Of a stretch of DNA of 64,000 bases, positions 35,430 through 48,649 are shown piece after piece. The DNA lies in the NCBI GenBank assembly GCA_002269645.1, contig NIVC01002079.1, forward strand, positions 1-64,000, in the 5' to 3' direction. The position numbers and the translations under genes were made by a program. Each line of letters begins with the position of its first letter. Position 1 is the stretch's first letter. The notes under the pieces were generated by a model. The model was not told the DNA's origin and searched no databases. It saw only the letters and a program-made list of their open reading frames with translations. This stretch comes from Macrostomum lignano. Lineage: Eukaryota.

Positions 35430-38150
35430 CTGCTCTCTCTTGCACCCATCTCCTGCTCTCTCCCGCTCTCTCCTGCTCTCTCTCGCTCTCTCCTGCTCTC
35501 TCCTGCTCTCTCTCGCTCTCTCCTGCTCTCTCCTGCTCTCTCTCACTCTCTCTTGCTCTCTCTCGCTCTCTCCTGCTCTCTCTCGCTCTCTCCTGCTCTC
35601 TCTCACTCTCTCTTGCTCTCTCTCGCTCTCTCCTGCTCTCTCTCGCTCTCTCCTGCTCTCTCTCGCTCTCTCCTGCTCTCTCTTGCTCTCTCCTGCTCTC
35701 TCTCGCTCTCTCTCGCTCTCTCTTGCTCTCTCTTGCTCTCTCTCGCTCTCTCCTGCTCTCTCTCGCTCTCTCCTGCTCTCTCTTGCTCTCTCTTGCTCTC
35801 TCTCGCTCTCTCCTGCTCTCTCTCGCTCTCTCCTGCTCTCTCTCGCTCTCTCTCGCTCTCTCCTGCTCTCTCTCGCTCTCTCCTGCTCTCTCTCGCTCTC
35901 TCCTGCTCTCTCTCGCTCTCTCTCGCTCTCTCCTGCTCTCTCTCTCGCTCTCTCTCTTGCTCTCTCTCGCTCTCTCCTGCTCTCTCTCGCTCTCTCTCGC
36001 TCGCTCCTGCTCTCTCTCACTCTCTCCTGCTCTCTCTCGCTCTCTCCTGCTCTCTCTTGCTCTCTCTTGCTCTCTCTCGCTCTCTCCTGCTCTCTCTCGC
36101 TCTCTCCTGCTCTCTCTCGCTCTCTCCTGCTCTCTCTTGCTCTCTCTTGCTCTCTCTCGCTCTCTCCTGCTCTCTCTTGCTCTCTCTTGCTCTCTCTCGC
36201 TCTCTCCTGCTCTCTCTCTTGCTCTCTCTCGCTCTCTCTTGCTCTCTCTTGCTCTCTCTCGCTCTCTCCTGCTCTCTCTCGCTCTCTCTCGCTCCCTCCT
36301 GCTCTCTCTTGCTCTCTCCTGCTCTCTCTCGCTCTCTCTCGCTCTCTCCTGCTCTCTCTCGCTCTCTCCTGCTCTCTCTCGCTCTCTCTTGCTCTCTCTC
36401 GCTCTCTCCTGCTCTCTCTTGCTCTCTCTTGCTCTCTCTCGCTCTCTCCTGCTCTCTCTCGCTCTCTCCTGCTCTCTCTCGCTCTCTCTCGCTCTCTCTC
36501 TCTCGCTCTCTCTCGCTCTCTCCTGCTCTCTCTCGCTCTCTCTTGCTCTCTCTCGCTCTCTCTCGCTCTCTCCTGCTCTCTCTCGCTCTCTCCTGCTCTC
36601 TCTCGCTCTCTCCTGCTCTCTCTCGCTCTCTCTTGCTCTCTCTCGCTCTCTCTTGCTCTCTCTCGCTCTCTCCTGCTCTCTCTCTCGCTCTCTCTCTTGC
36701 TCTCTCTCGCTCTCTCCTGCTCTCTCTCGCTCTTTCTCGCTCTCTCCTGCTCTCTCTCACTCTCTCCTGCTCTCTCTCGCTCTCTCCTGCTCTCTCTTGC
36801 TCTCTCTTGCTCTCTCTCGCTCTCTCCTGCTCTCTCTCGCTCTCTCCTGCTCTCTCTCGCTCTCTCCTGCTCTCTCTTGCTCTCTCTTGCTCTCTCTCGC
36901 TCTCTCCTGCTCTCTCTTGCTCTCTCTTGCTCTCTCTCGCTCTCTCCTGCTCTCTCTCTTGCTCTCTCTCGCTCTCTCTTGCTCTCTCTTGCTCTCTCTC
37001 GCTCTCTCCTGCTCTCTCTCGCTCTCTCTCGCTCCCTCCTGCTCTCTCTTGCTCTCTCCTGCTCTCTCTCGCTCTCTCTCGCTCTCTCCTGCTTTCTCTC
37101 GCTCTCTCTTGCTCTCTCTCGCTCTCTCCTGCTCTCTCTTGCTCTCTCTTGCTCTCTCTCGCTCTCTCCTGCTCTCTCTCGCTCTCTCCTGCTCTCTCTC
37201 GCTCTCTCTCGCTCTCTCTCTCTCGCTCTCTCTCGCTCTCTCCTGCTCTCTCTCGCTCTCTCTTGCTCTCTCTCGCTCTCTCTCGCTCTCTCCTGCTCTC
37301 TCTCGCTCTCTCCTGCTCTCTCTCGCTCTCTCCTGCTCTCTCTCGCTCTCTCTTGCTCTCTCTCGCTCTCTCTTGCTCTCTCTCGCTCTCTCCTGCTCTC
37401 TCTTGCTCTCTCTTGCTCTCTCTCGCTCTCTCCTGCTCTCTCTCGCTCTCTCCTGCTCTCTCTCGCTCTCTCTCGCTCTCTCTCTCTCGCTCTCTCTCGC
37501 TCTCTCCTGCTCTCTCTCGCTCTCTCTTGCTCTCTCTCGCTCTCTCCTGCTCTCTCTCGCTCTCTCTTGCTCTCTCCTGCTCTCTCTCGCTCTCTCCTGC
37601 TCTCTCTCGCTCTCTCCTGCTCTCTCTCGCTCTCTCTTGCTCTCTCTCGCTCTCTCCTGCTCTCTCTCTTGCTCTCTCTCGCTCTCTCCTGCTCTCTCTC
37701 GCTCTCTCCTGCTTTCTCTCTCGCTCTCTCCTGCTCTCTCTCGCTCTCTCCTGCTCTCTCTCGCTCTCTCTCGCTCTCTCTTGCTCTCTCCTGCTCTCTC
37801 CTGCTCTCTCTCGCTCTCTCTCGCTCTCTCCTGCTCTCTCTCACTCTCTCGCTCTCTCTCGCTCTCTCCTGCTCTCTCTCGCTCTCTCTCGCTCTCTCCT
37901 GCTCTCTCCTGCTCTCTCTCGCTCTCTCTCGCTCTCTCTCGCTCTCTCCTGCTCTCTCCTGCTCTCTCTCGCTCTCTCCTGCTCTCTCACTCTTCCAAAC
38001 CCTGTCATATCACCCTTCTGTCGCCCTGATTCCCTGTCTCCCTGTCTCCCTGTCTCCCTGTGTCCCTGTCCCCCTGTCTCCCTCTCTCCTTGTCTCCCTG
38101 TCTCCCTGTCTCCCTGTCCCCCTGTCTCCCTGTCAACTCCTTGTCTCCCA
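35430..38150. repeat. Compound CT-rich satellite (CTCTCTCGCT / CTCTCCTGCT units; CCCTGTCTC units at the 3' end)
   Basis: About 2.6 kb of pyrimidine-rich 10-12-bp units. Confidence 0.97.
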
Positions 38151-38361
38151 GCCTGGAGAAAAATGAGAAACGCGAGTGCTTCTGCGTGCAGAACTGACGT
38201 TTTCTAGAAGTCAAAAAGCGGCAGTAAGAGTTCAGAAATAGATAGAGCGCTTGGCACAGTAGCGGAAATCGTTTCAACTGTATTCTTGAGCAGCCGTGAA
38301 CGAGGGTACGTGGTCAGCAAATACAAATATTTCCTCTGATTTTTTGTAAACAATGATTCGC

Positions 38362-39055
<694 letters not shown>

Positions 39056-39687
39056 CTGTAAAATTGAAACGCACCCTCGAGCTGAGGCTGGCAACGCCTC
39101 GCATTGAATTTTCCTTTCAAAGTTCTTCTTTAACCCTCCAGGGAGGTGCGGCTCTGGGAACTGGGGAGGCTGCTGGCTGGAAGACTTAAAGTACACGAGC
39201 TTCATCATTTTCTCAGCTTCCTTTCGCCCATCAGCCAGTCCTTGGTGGTAAAGCAAGATGCAGTGCAGAAGCTGGGGTTGCCATGCCAGAAAACGGGGGG
39301 GGGATTAGACACGGGCTGATTTCTTTGGGGAAATTCCTGCCAAAGCACTTCCCCGCCCCCAGCCACAATGTAGCATTGGAGACGAGAGGCTAAAACTGTT
39401 ATTTCCTAAATAGCGGCCCACGGCTGTAGCCAATTGTTTTATGGGATTTTAGAGGGGTGATGGAGGGTAAAATGGGTGCAGCAGACCCACCCAAATAATT
39501 CAATCGTGCTGCATCGGCTCGTTCACGCCTGAGTTGTTGGCCACCCGAGCGACATTTTATTAGGCGAGAGAGAGAGAAAAAAGTGCATGCTTGATGGCTC
39601 GCACTTTTTCACTGGCGTGTTTTTTACTTCTTAAGTATAACGCTCTGGCAATTGAAGATGCTTTTATTTTGCTAGAGTTGCTACAGG

Positions 39688-39880
39688 AGAGAAGGAGAGA
39701 GAGAGGGGGGGAGAGATGGAGAGAGGGAGAGAGGGAGAGAGGGGGGGAGAGAGGGAGAGAGGGGGAGGGAGAGAGCGAGAGAGCGAGAGAGGCAGAGAGA
39801 GATGGAGAGAGGGAGAGAGGGAAAGAGGCAGACAGGCAGAGAGAGAAAGGGAGAGAGGGAGGGAGAGAGGGAGGGAGAGA

Positions 39881-39948
<68 letters not shown>

Positions 39949-40075
39949 GATATAGGGAGAGAGGAAGGAGGGAGAGAGGGAGAGAGGCAGAGAGGGAGAG
40001 AGGGAGAGAGGGATATAGGGAGAGAGGTAGAGAATGAGGCAGAGAGGCAGAGGCAGAGGCAGAGGCAAGGCCAGA
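39688..40075. repeat. GA-rich simple repeat
   Basis: (GA)n and GGAGAGA variants. Confidence 0.95.
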
Positions 40076-40929
40076 GAGAGTTCAAGCCAGAAAGCTTGGA
40101 GCAGGAGAGCAGAGCAAGGCGCAAAGATAGGGAATTGCCGATTTTTATGGGCGATGCAGAGAGACAGACAGAGTGAGGGAAATAAGCGAAAGCGAGAGAT
40201 TCGAAACATCCGGAAGTAGAATGGGTGCAACTCTGATCAGTTCAACGGATTGAAATGCAAACAAGCCGAACTTGACGAGCGCAGGCCCATGGTTTTCCAA
40301 AGCCCTCAATCTTCGTCTGCGTGCCCTGGCTGGTGTTACCGTCAATATTCAAAAAGTAAAGCACAACCGATGTTGCGCAGGTGGTAATCAGGATCTTCCT
40401 CCAGGACCGCACCAGGGGTATTCCGTGATCCGCCAAGGCAACGCTTTCCTCCAGATGGGTTTGATCCATTTTCATTTTACCCTCAACTGCGTCTCCCACC
40501 AGAAGGCACGCCTGTGTCCCCCTTGGTGCTTTATTGACCTTTTTCTCCCGCGCGACGCGGTGGTAACTGACGTGCCCGGCTGCACGCAAACCCGAGCTGG
40601 GGATCCGGAATGAAATGCGGGGTTGGGGGTTAACGATCTGTGTGGCAAAGACTGATTGTAGCTGTTAGCGATTTTAGGTCTTCTATATATTTATGCACTT
40701 TTAGCTGCAATTCAAATCCTGGCTATATGATCACTGTAAACTTTCTGTCAATTAACTTTAATCATAATAAACTGTTGAACTGTTGGATCGGTTGGAAGCG
40801 TTGTCAAACTGAATTCAACTGCTCATTTTGTGTTTGTTTGACTGAAACAAGCGCTTAAACCAGGCTGGCGTTTTGAAAAACGTTTTTCATGAATTTTAAC
40901 CATATAATGAGAAGTATAGAATCTCCTCC

Positions 40930-41270
40930 TTTTCCCAGTGTGGCTAAGGAAAAGGAAGCCTTTTAAGGAAAAAGAATCTGCTGCAACGAATCCTGCTGCT
41001 GGTAGTCACCCGTCGGCCGGCACAGCTTGAAGGGTATTGTTCGTGAATTAACTGCTCCCCTAACTGGAGTGACTGAAAGGTACACTAATCAGTCTCTATG
41101 CAAGACTTGCGCAAGTACTCTACACGTGCTGGCTTCGCTAGAGAGGACATCGCTCGTGTTACAGGGCACTCTTCGACAGCTATTGAGCGCTATAGTCAGT
41201 TTGACGCACAGGACCATGTTGAAGTATCACATGCTCTTCAATCTGGTGGTCAGTCATCAAGTCCGTCTCT
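40930..41270 (+). pseudogene. Decayed Crypton-like tyrosine recombinase C-terminal fragment
   Basis: W*SPVGRHSLKGIVREL...ERYTNQSLCKTCAST joins, through a frameshift, RAGFAREDIARVTGH.S.AIERYSQ...VSHALQ. This matches the TNHSLR...TGH.S...Y pattern of Crypton/DUF3504 recombinases. Confidence 0.7.
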
Positions 41271-42812
41271 TGAAACCGAGTCGGAACAAAGCAACGTAGT
41301 GAGTGAGTGCAGAGAAAATGAGGCTTAAAATCAATTAAAATGGTAAAACCAACACTGTTGAAATCGGTTTGGAGTGAATGCTTACAAGACGCTTCAATTT
41401 CTCACTATGTTCAACTTCTTGTTTTCTTATAGTTTACATTTGTTAAATACAACTCTAGAAGGACCACAGATTCTGTGGATTCTGTGATTCTAAGAAATGG
41501 TTCTCAGTCCTTTTACAACCGATAAATTACCATAGAAGTTGCTAATTGTTCCTCGGGAAATGGATGAGACTCGGAAAGAGGCGAGAAATGCACTTTCTAT
41601 GGGTTAGCATAGCTAACATAGCTTAATAACATATAACTAAATTTGATTATCAAGACCAGGAGTAATGCTCCTGCTCTGAGTTGGAGAAACTGCTCAGAGC
41701 TGAGAAACAGCTTGCATCCCTGCCAAGGTCCAAGGACCAACACAACTATATAAAATACAAATTAAAAGTCCTTTAACGATCAATTTAAGAGGTCAAGTGC
41801 AATAATTGATTTTGCGATGAAAGAAATTATTTTTTTCCTATCTCCGCAGTGTCTCTTTTTCAAAGAAATTTGCCTCCTAAAAATTACACGATCTTTGAGT
41901 TTTACGTACTGATATAATAGGTACAGTGGTCCTTGCCAAGGTCATGCACAAAACTCAAAAGTGTTGCTGGGGGATCCTTTTTGATATGCTGTTTGATTCT
42001 GCACAGGCTAAAGAAGTAAACACCACCTGGTAAATAATCTACATGTACACAAAAGTTTGTAGTCAAATGAAAGACAAGATTTTCCACTTTCCAATGACTT
42101 TAAAATTGTTGAATTTTAGACAAGCATTAAAAACTCTGCAAGAAAAAGTATCGCTACTTTTTGGGACACCTTTCATAATCATTAGGCACTGTGTGCACAG
42201 TCTGTGTCTCGCTGGTTGGGCCATCAATGGGCAAGAGTTGCAACTTCAAGCCAGGTCAGCTTTTGTGCACGAGCCGCGAGAGTCGTAGGAGCTGCTCTGC
42301 CCGGACAAAGACATGTACAGTTAGCCAGGCTTTTCTTAATACTTGATCTTAGCTTCCCAGAATTGTCAAAGCATGGACCACTAGAAGTTAGTTACGAGTG
42401 TAACTACGTCCAGATACAACAACGTTGACTTCTAATGGTCCTCGTGTCAAAGCAAATCAGTTTCCTACTGTGTACTTTAAGTAGTGCAGACAAGGCATCA
42501 ACATTTCGAGTGGACACAAACTTTTTATGGACAGCTCTCAGACTCTTGTGCAGCTACGCAATTATCGCTTGAAGATATGAATGGCGCAAAAAACTAACAA
42601 AAAAGAATCTAGCGTTGACTGAGCGGGTTTTGACTGTTTTTTGCCTTTCCAAGTTGCTATTGTCCGATTATGAGCTCAGGGTTGTTTCTGTGTCATATAT
42701 AATAAACTATGCCCGACGCGGCGAGCTCTTGGCGAGCTCTAGAGAGATCTCCGGAGAGCAAACGGAAAGAGCGTCTCATTCAAGACAGAACAAAACAGTT
42801 CGAGTTGCAGAA

Positions 42813-44111
42813 ATGTTATTTAGCAAATATTTTTTTTGTCTAAATATGCATCTATTGCTTCTGTCCAGGTGCGCAAGCCATCAGCTGGACATGCTAGAGT
42901 TGGATCGGTACCTCTCCAGAAAGCTGGAAATTTTGACCAACTTCACCCACAGACAGCCAACGGAAATTTCCGGCAGTCTTCGCGGTGGATCAGCTCGAAT
43001 TGTGTACTTCGGCAACTTCAACCAGGAAGAAAGCTCGAATTTTCAAAGCAGCCTGTCTTTGCTGGCTCTGCTGCCGAAATACTCGCGGCCAGGAGATGTG
43101 GAAAGCGTCGGCTTTGTCGACACGTCCTCACCAGCTGGCGACAGGCTTCGAACTCGGCTTGGCATTGGAATGCTGCATTCCATTGTCGGCTGGACAAAGC
43201 AGCAAAGGGCGGCTTTTCTCGGCTACAGAAACGTGCAGCTGCTGCTTGACTTTGTGGACCGGCTGCTGCTGTCGGAACCGCTCTGGCTGACCGGCAAGAA
43301 GGACAAAAGCAAAGAGGCGGCCGTGCTGCTGCTGCCAGAGGGCACCGACAGACTTCATCCAGACTTGGCTGCCCAGCTGGCGGAAATTGCGGTCGAAATG
43401 CCGGCTTACATCGGCTCGGGCAGGCGGCTGGCGACTGCCTACGGCACCGTGCCAGGCTCCCTAGTCTATCGAAGCCCGGTCACGGGGTCTCTCGCTGCAG
43501 CTCGACTCCGAGACCACAGCAACAGAAGTCTGCATGCAGTGCTGCGCTACCTCCGCTCAGGCCAGTCCGTGATACCGCTGAGTGCCGGGAATCTCTATCT
43601 GCCAGCCTCCGAGGCGGAGCACTGGAATGCTGATAAGGCTGGCCGAGCGATTCACGGCAAGCCACTCCTGATTCTGCTTGCCGACCCTGAGAGTCAAGCA
43701 GCAGCTTCCGCTGCGCTGGCACTGATGAAGCGACTCGTCCAGCAGCGAAAGCAGCGACAACACGAAAATCCCCCTTGGCTGGCGGCTTCCCTCAACCCGT
43801 GGCGCAGGCTCGCTGGCGAACCGCAGATCGACTGGTCGGGTGTCCTTGGCGGACCAGAGCTCGGTAGGGGTCCATGCTTCCTCATGACGATTAATCGGCG
43901 GTTTGGTGGAAGCGAACCGGTCGGCAGAGAAGATGTGTTCCACCTGGACGAATTCCGGCTTGACGCAAGTGTCGGGGGCGGCAGCGACGGTGGCCACGCG
44001 GCTGCCATGGCGGGGCTTCAGCAGTGGCTGCGCGGCCGACTCGAACATTTTGAATTGAGTTTGAGAACTGAGCAAGGGAGCAAAGGGCCGCGAGCGGAAG
44101 ACGAGCTGTGA
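42813..44111 (+). CDS. Putative ER-lumenal protein (432 aa) with C-terminal EDEL; possibly a redox-inactive thioredoxin/PDI-like fold
   Basis: Long ORF; hydrophobic N-terminus MLFSKYFFCLNMHLLLLSRCAS; ends RAEDEL*; no CxxC. An acceptor-like site at 42869 means the true 5' exon may differ. Confidence 0.6.
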   Translation: MLFSKYFFCLNMHLLLLSRCASHQLDMLELDRYLSRKLEILTNFTHRQPTEISGSLRGGSARIVYFGNFNQEESSNFQSSLSLLALLPKYSRPGDVESVGFVDTSSPAGDRLRTRLGIGMLHSIVGWTKQQRAAFLGYRNVQLLLDFVDRLLLSEPLWLTGKKDKSKEAAVLLLPEGTDRLHPDLAAQLAEIAVEMPAYIGSGRRLATAYGTVPGSLVYRSPVTGSLAAARLRDHSNRSLHAVLRYLRSGQSVIPLSAGNLYLPASEAEHWNADKAGRAIHGKPLLILLADPESQAAASAALALMKRLVQQRKQRQHENPPWLAASLNPWRRLAGEPQIDWSGVLGGPELGRGPCFLMTINRRFGGSEPVGREDVFHLDEFRLDASVGGGSDGGHAAAMAGLQQWLRGRLEHFELSLRTEQGSKGPRAEDEL

Positions 44112-44474
44112 TGAAGCAGCTGCCAAATTGATGGAAACTTCCGCTGTCGCTGCTGATATTACACCTTATTTTAGAGCTACATGTACTACTAATGCAAGAA
44201 TTTAGCTTGAATCAAATTTTGCTAGCTGGACTTTTTCCTGTTTTTAGACTAAACTAAATATAGTTAATTTCTGCGGCTTGACTTTAAATTGGTGCGAGAA
44301 AGACGGTCAAACAGACAGACTGACAAAAGTAAAGCGATGAAAAAAATTGAAACGATGTAAAGGGTTCAGAAAAAACTGTTCTATTTTTTTCATTCAACTT
44401 TTCATATCCAAGTTAATTATCTATAACACCCTTTTATTAGTTCCTTCTTTCAAACTGATCTGGCAACCGTAGCA

Positions 44475-44865
44475 ATTGACGCTTCAGTGGTCTCTGGAGC
44501 TCGTTGAGTCGGTTGGACAGTCGGAGTCTTTGGCGCTTCAGTGGTCTCTGGAGCTCGTTGAGTCGGTTGGACAGTCGGAGTCTTTGGCGCTTCTGTGGTC
44601 TCTGGAGCTCGTTGAGTCGGTTGGACAGTCGGAGTCTTTGGCGCTTCAGTGGTCTCTGGAGCTCGTTGAGTCGGTTGGACAGTCGGAGTCTTTGGCGCTT
44701 CAGTGGTCTCTGGAGCTCGTTGAGTTGGTTGGACAGTCGGAGTCTTTGGCGCTTCAGTGGTCTCTGGAGCTCGTTGAGTCGGTTGGACAGTCGGAGTCTT
44801 TGGCGCTTCAGTGGTCTCTGGAGCTCGTTGAGTCGGTTGGACAGTCGGAGTCTTTGGCGCTTCAA
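44475..44865. repeat. 54-bp tandem repeat, about 7 copies
   Basis: GCGCTTCAGTGGTCTCTGGAGCTCGTTGAGTCGGTTGGACAGTCGGAGTCTTTG. Confidence 0.95.
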
Positions 44866-44970
44866 TGATGATTTCTGGAGCTTGGCCCGCGCCTTGGCTC
44901 TTCAGTGACGTAATGTAACGTAATGGGCGACTCGCACCTCTCTGAGTCTTTGGACAACTCTGTAGCTAAG

Positions 44971-45358
44971 GATGGGGTCAGCAAACTACGGCCTGCGGGC
45001 CACATGCTGCTCGCTAAGCCTCTCTATCCGGCCCTCGGGTTCTTGGAAACTTCACAAAAGCAATCCCGTCAACTCAAGGCTTGTCAATTTCAGCTCTCTT
45101 CTTTCCTCTTCTCTCCCCTCTCTCCCCTCCCATCTCCTCTCTCTTCTTCTCTTCTTTCCCCTCTTTTCTTTTCCCTCTTCTCTTCTCTCTCCTCTTCCCC
45201 CTTTTCTCTCTTATCTTCTAAATTTTCTCTCACCCCATCTATCGTCTCTCATCTTCTATTCCCTCTCATTTCCGCTCTAATAAGACCCGCAGCCTAGTCA
45301 TGAGCTTCATGTAGATCCTTTATTAGGCCCTTGAGGTTAAATAAGTTTGCCGGCCCTG
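44971..45358 (+). mobile_element. hAT-like MITE, copy A
   Basis: Ends GGGGTCAGCAAAC ... GTTTGCCGGCCCTG; flanks TAGCTAAG / CAGCTAAG (7 of 8 match); internal CT-rich tract shared with copies B and C. Confidence 0.72.
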
Positions 45359-45714
45359 CAGCTAAGTCAGGTAAATCAAAACCAAAGCGCTGTCGAAGGA
45401 CATTTTCAACTCGTCAAGGAGAAGCAGAGCGCTTTGCCTTTGCCTTGCGAGCTTGTCGTCGTCACGTGAGCGACCCTTGATAGATTTTTGGTGCAATTTT
45501 TATAACATGTGTAACACATAAAGTAGATACTTACTGGCAAACTGAGTTGTCGTGGGAGCTCCTGAAGCCGCAACAACAAGCGAAGCAACAAGTAGCAAAA
45601 CTTGAAGTCGCATCATTCAGTAAGACAGAGCGCTCTCTTGTTAACAACTCTTGTTACTCTTGTTAACTCTTGTTAACAGACCCAAACAAAGTGCTTCATC
45701 AGAGCGGCTGGTTT

Positions 45715-46150
45715 TGACAGGTGTTTCTACATGTATTTGAGTTTCGACAGGTGTTTCTACATGTATTTGACTTTCGACAGGTGTTTCTGCATGTATTTGA
45801 GTTTCGACAGGTGTTTCTACATGTATTTGAGTTTCGACAGGTGTTTCTACATGTATTTGAGTTTCGACAGGTGTTTCTACATGTATTTGAGTTTCGACAG
45901 GTGTTTCTGCATGTATTTGAGTTTCGACAGGTGTTTCTACATGTATTTGAGTTTCGACAGGTGTTTCAGCATGTATTTGAGTTTCGACAGGTGTTTCAGC
46001 ATGTATTTGGGTTTCGACAGGTGTTTCTGCATGTATTTGAGTTTTGACAGGTGTTTCTACATATATTTGAATTTCGACAGGTGTTTCAGCATGTATTTGA
46101 GTTTCGACAGGTGTTTCTACAATTTGAATTTCGACAGGTTTTTCTACATG
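45715..46150. repeat. 30-bp tandem repeat
   Basis: GTGTTTCTACATGTATTTGAGTTTCGACAG repeated about 14 times. Confidence 0.95.
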
Positions 46151-46684
46151 TATTTGTATAAATTTATTTGCTTTTTTCTTGAAGAACCTTTAATTATTCA
46201 AAAACGCATTTTGTGTCTAAAGAACATTTCAATGTATTAAAAATATTGTATTTAAGAATAGGAAACTTAATTGAACATGAATGCCGAATTACCGACATTA
46301 CATTCACACAAGTGTGAACATGGGCAACTAAAAAAGTGCATGGAGAATGGCGCTCGCTCACACTTGCAAATCGTGCAAACTTCGTTGGAGCAGTTATGCT
46401 GTTTTGATATTTCTGTGTTGCTTATCCATATACTCGTGCTAAAGATTTGAGTACCCAAGGTTGACAACTGCCCGCCCTATCTCAGCTTCTATAAGCTTGC
46501 AACGGCAGATTTTAGATAATGAAGTTTTACGACAGTTATTTTCTATGGACATGTATAGTCCAAACAGTGATAAAACATGATTTCTTTGTTTAAAATTTGC
46601 ACGATTTGCGACTGTAGCTTCCGCTTTCAATTAAGAGTTTCAGGTGTAGCTTCCGGATTCAACTACAGTAGTCCCGCCCTAGCA

Positions 46685-47059
46685 CAGGAATCAGCAAACT
46701 TTTTTACTTAAACGGCCACATGGACTACCTAACGCATGACTGAGGGCCAGAGAGGAGAGAGGAGAGGGAATAGAGAAGAGAGAAGACAAATGGGAGATAA
46801 GAGAAGTGAGGGAATAAAGGAGAAGAGAGCTGGATACAAGAGCTGAGGAGAGGAGAGATGAAATAGAACTGGAGAGAGGAGTAGAGAGGAGAGAAAAGAA
46901 GGGAAAGGAGAGAAGAGAAAAGAGAAGACAGGAGATTAGACAGAAGCGAGCTGGAAGAGACAGAAACCTTGAGTGGACCGGATCATTGCTGTTGTGAAGT
47001 TTCAACGGACCCGAGGGCCGGATACAGAGGCTTTAGGGACCGGAGATTGCTGACCCCTG
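46685..47059 (-). mobile_element. hAT-like MITE, copy B (inverted relative to A)
   Basis: Ends CAGGAATCAGCAAAC ... GATTGCTGACCCCTG; flanks CCCTAGCA / CTCTAGTG share a CTAG core; carries the reverse complement of the AAGCCTCTCTATCCGGCCCTCGGGT...GAAACTTCACAA segment. Confidence 0.72.
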
Positions 47060-47104
47060 CTCTAGTGCGAACCCCCCTCCCCCACCCCCACCATCCAAAA
47101 TGGC

Positions 47105-48535
47105 TCACAAGTCATCCTGCTCAGCATGAATGTTGTCGTAAATGACTCCGTCAACGCCCCACTCTCGTTGGAGTCGGCGAAATTCCGCCGAATTATTTGC
47201 CGGGCCCCAGGTTAAACAGTGCAGCCTGCGGCGCTTGCAATCGTGAATCAACTCTCGACCGAATTCCGTGGGGTTTCTGCCGCCTTCCTTGGGCGGCTGC
47301 AGCTCTTCGGAGTGGATGGCTACGCCTTGTAGGTAGGCTGAGGTCGCGAACTCGAGTCCTGAGCGTCCGTTTAGACCGTGCACATCGGTGTACTTGTGAC
47401 CCTCCTTGTGGTTCACCAGGAACACAGTGGAACACTCCGGGTACAGGCGACGCAAGGCCAAGCAGACGTCAGAAGAGAAAGAGGAATAGAAGATTAGCCG
47501 ATTCTTCACACTGCGGATGCTGTGACGCTTGGCTGAGTTCACAATTTTGGACACGTAGTCCTCTAGATCCCAGTGAAATTCCGGACAGACACTGGCGCCT
47601 GTCTGTGTGATACAATTGGGATAGTATGACCAGGTGGATTCGTGGTGGTCGCATGTATGAGCTATTAGAATTATGTTCTGTGTTGCACTTCGGTGTACTC
47701 GTAGTACAAGGGCACTCCGTTCTATGCTTGTACTCTTACTTGATGTTATTTGTCTATTTACTTTAATGGTTTTTGAGTCTCGGTTCTGGCTGGTTGGCGG
47801 CGGGCCCCGGGCTGAGGCTTTGCGCCTCCCCCCGTCGGGTGCCGCCAGCTGATTGGTTGAGCAATGCGAGCACCTCGCGTCCTGGCGCAGGCGAGCAAGG
47901 ATCCGGATACTAGTATAGTACCCTGTACGCCCTTAATGACCACAGAGGCTAGGGGTCAGGGATGCAACAAATAGAACTCTTTTAAAGAAACTAACACAAA
48001 ACCTTTTGGGGTCACGAACTTTCGCTCGGACACCTGCAGCATCCCAAGGCCTAAGACATAGGCTCCAACCACTTCAATACAGACTCACCTTGTACTGCCT
48101 TGGATACTTAATCTCAATGTCAAATCCCAGATCCTCTGGCAGAAAATCGAAGAACGACTCCATAGTGGTGTACAGATGCTCATGCAGTATATCGTCGTCT
48201 TCCTCATTGAAATCCTGCAGTTCAGCCCGCGTCAAGTTGCCAACGAATCTGCCGTCGTCGGTGTAGAAATTGTGATGAATAATTGGCTCTTCGTCTTTGC
48301 TCAGCTGCACGTCGAACTGAACAAAGTGTGCGCCAGCGTCGTGAGCTTTCATCATCGATAGCAGCGTGTTTTCTCGAAATCTAAGCGGCAACGGTAGGCC
48401 GAGCTCCGAGCAGCGCCGCCTACGCAGCTCCTGCTCCTGACAGGTGCCAACACCTCGGTGGCCGATCAGCAGCATTTGAATGAAGTCGCTTGGAGGAGCC
48501 AGCGGGTCCGACTGCAGCTTTCGCAGCGACAACAT
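47105..48535 (-). CDS. Glycerophosphodiester phosphodiesterase domain protein (GPCPD1/Gde1-like catalytic domain)
   Basis: Exons 48535-48089 and 47602-47105 (phase 0). Motifs LIGHRG, RENTL, VQFDVQLSKD..PIIHH, GFDIEIKYP, IFYSSF, LTWG and GVDGVIYD. An upstream exon is possible. Confidence 0.88.
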
Positions 48536-48649
48536 CTTGCTTTGTTTTTGAATACGATAATTTCTGCTTAATGATAGAATGTGACTCTCCCTACTCTCTC
48601 TCTCTCTCTCTCTCTATGAAAACACGCCCGCCTGCCTTTCTCTCTTCTT

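Noticed and set aside
41902-42430. Short ORFs as exons or a Tc1-like MITE (TACAGTGGTCC also seen near 9013)
   Set aside because: No matching inverted end with a TA duplication and no coherent splice model.
44437-46240. 54-bp and 30-bp arrays as CRISPR arrays or coiled-coil genes
   Set aside because: Head-to-tail repeats with no unique spacers, no cas genes and a eukaryotic context. The KRQRLRL ORF has an in-frame stop just upstream and no ATG start.
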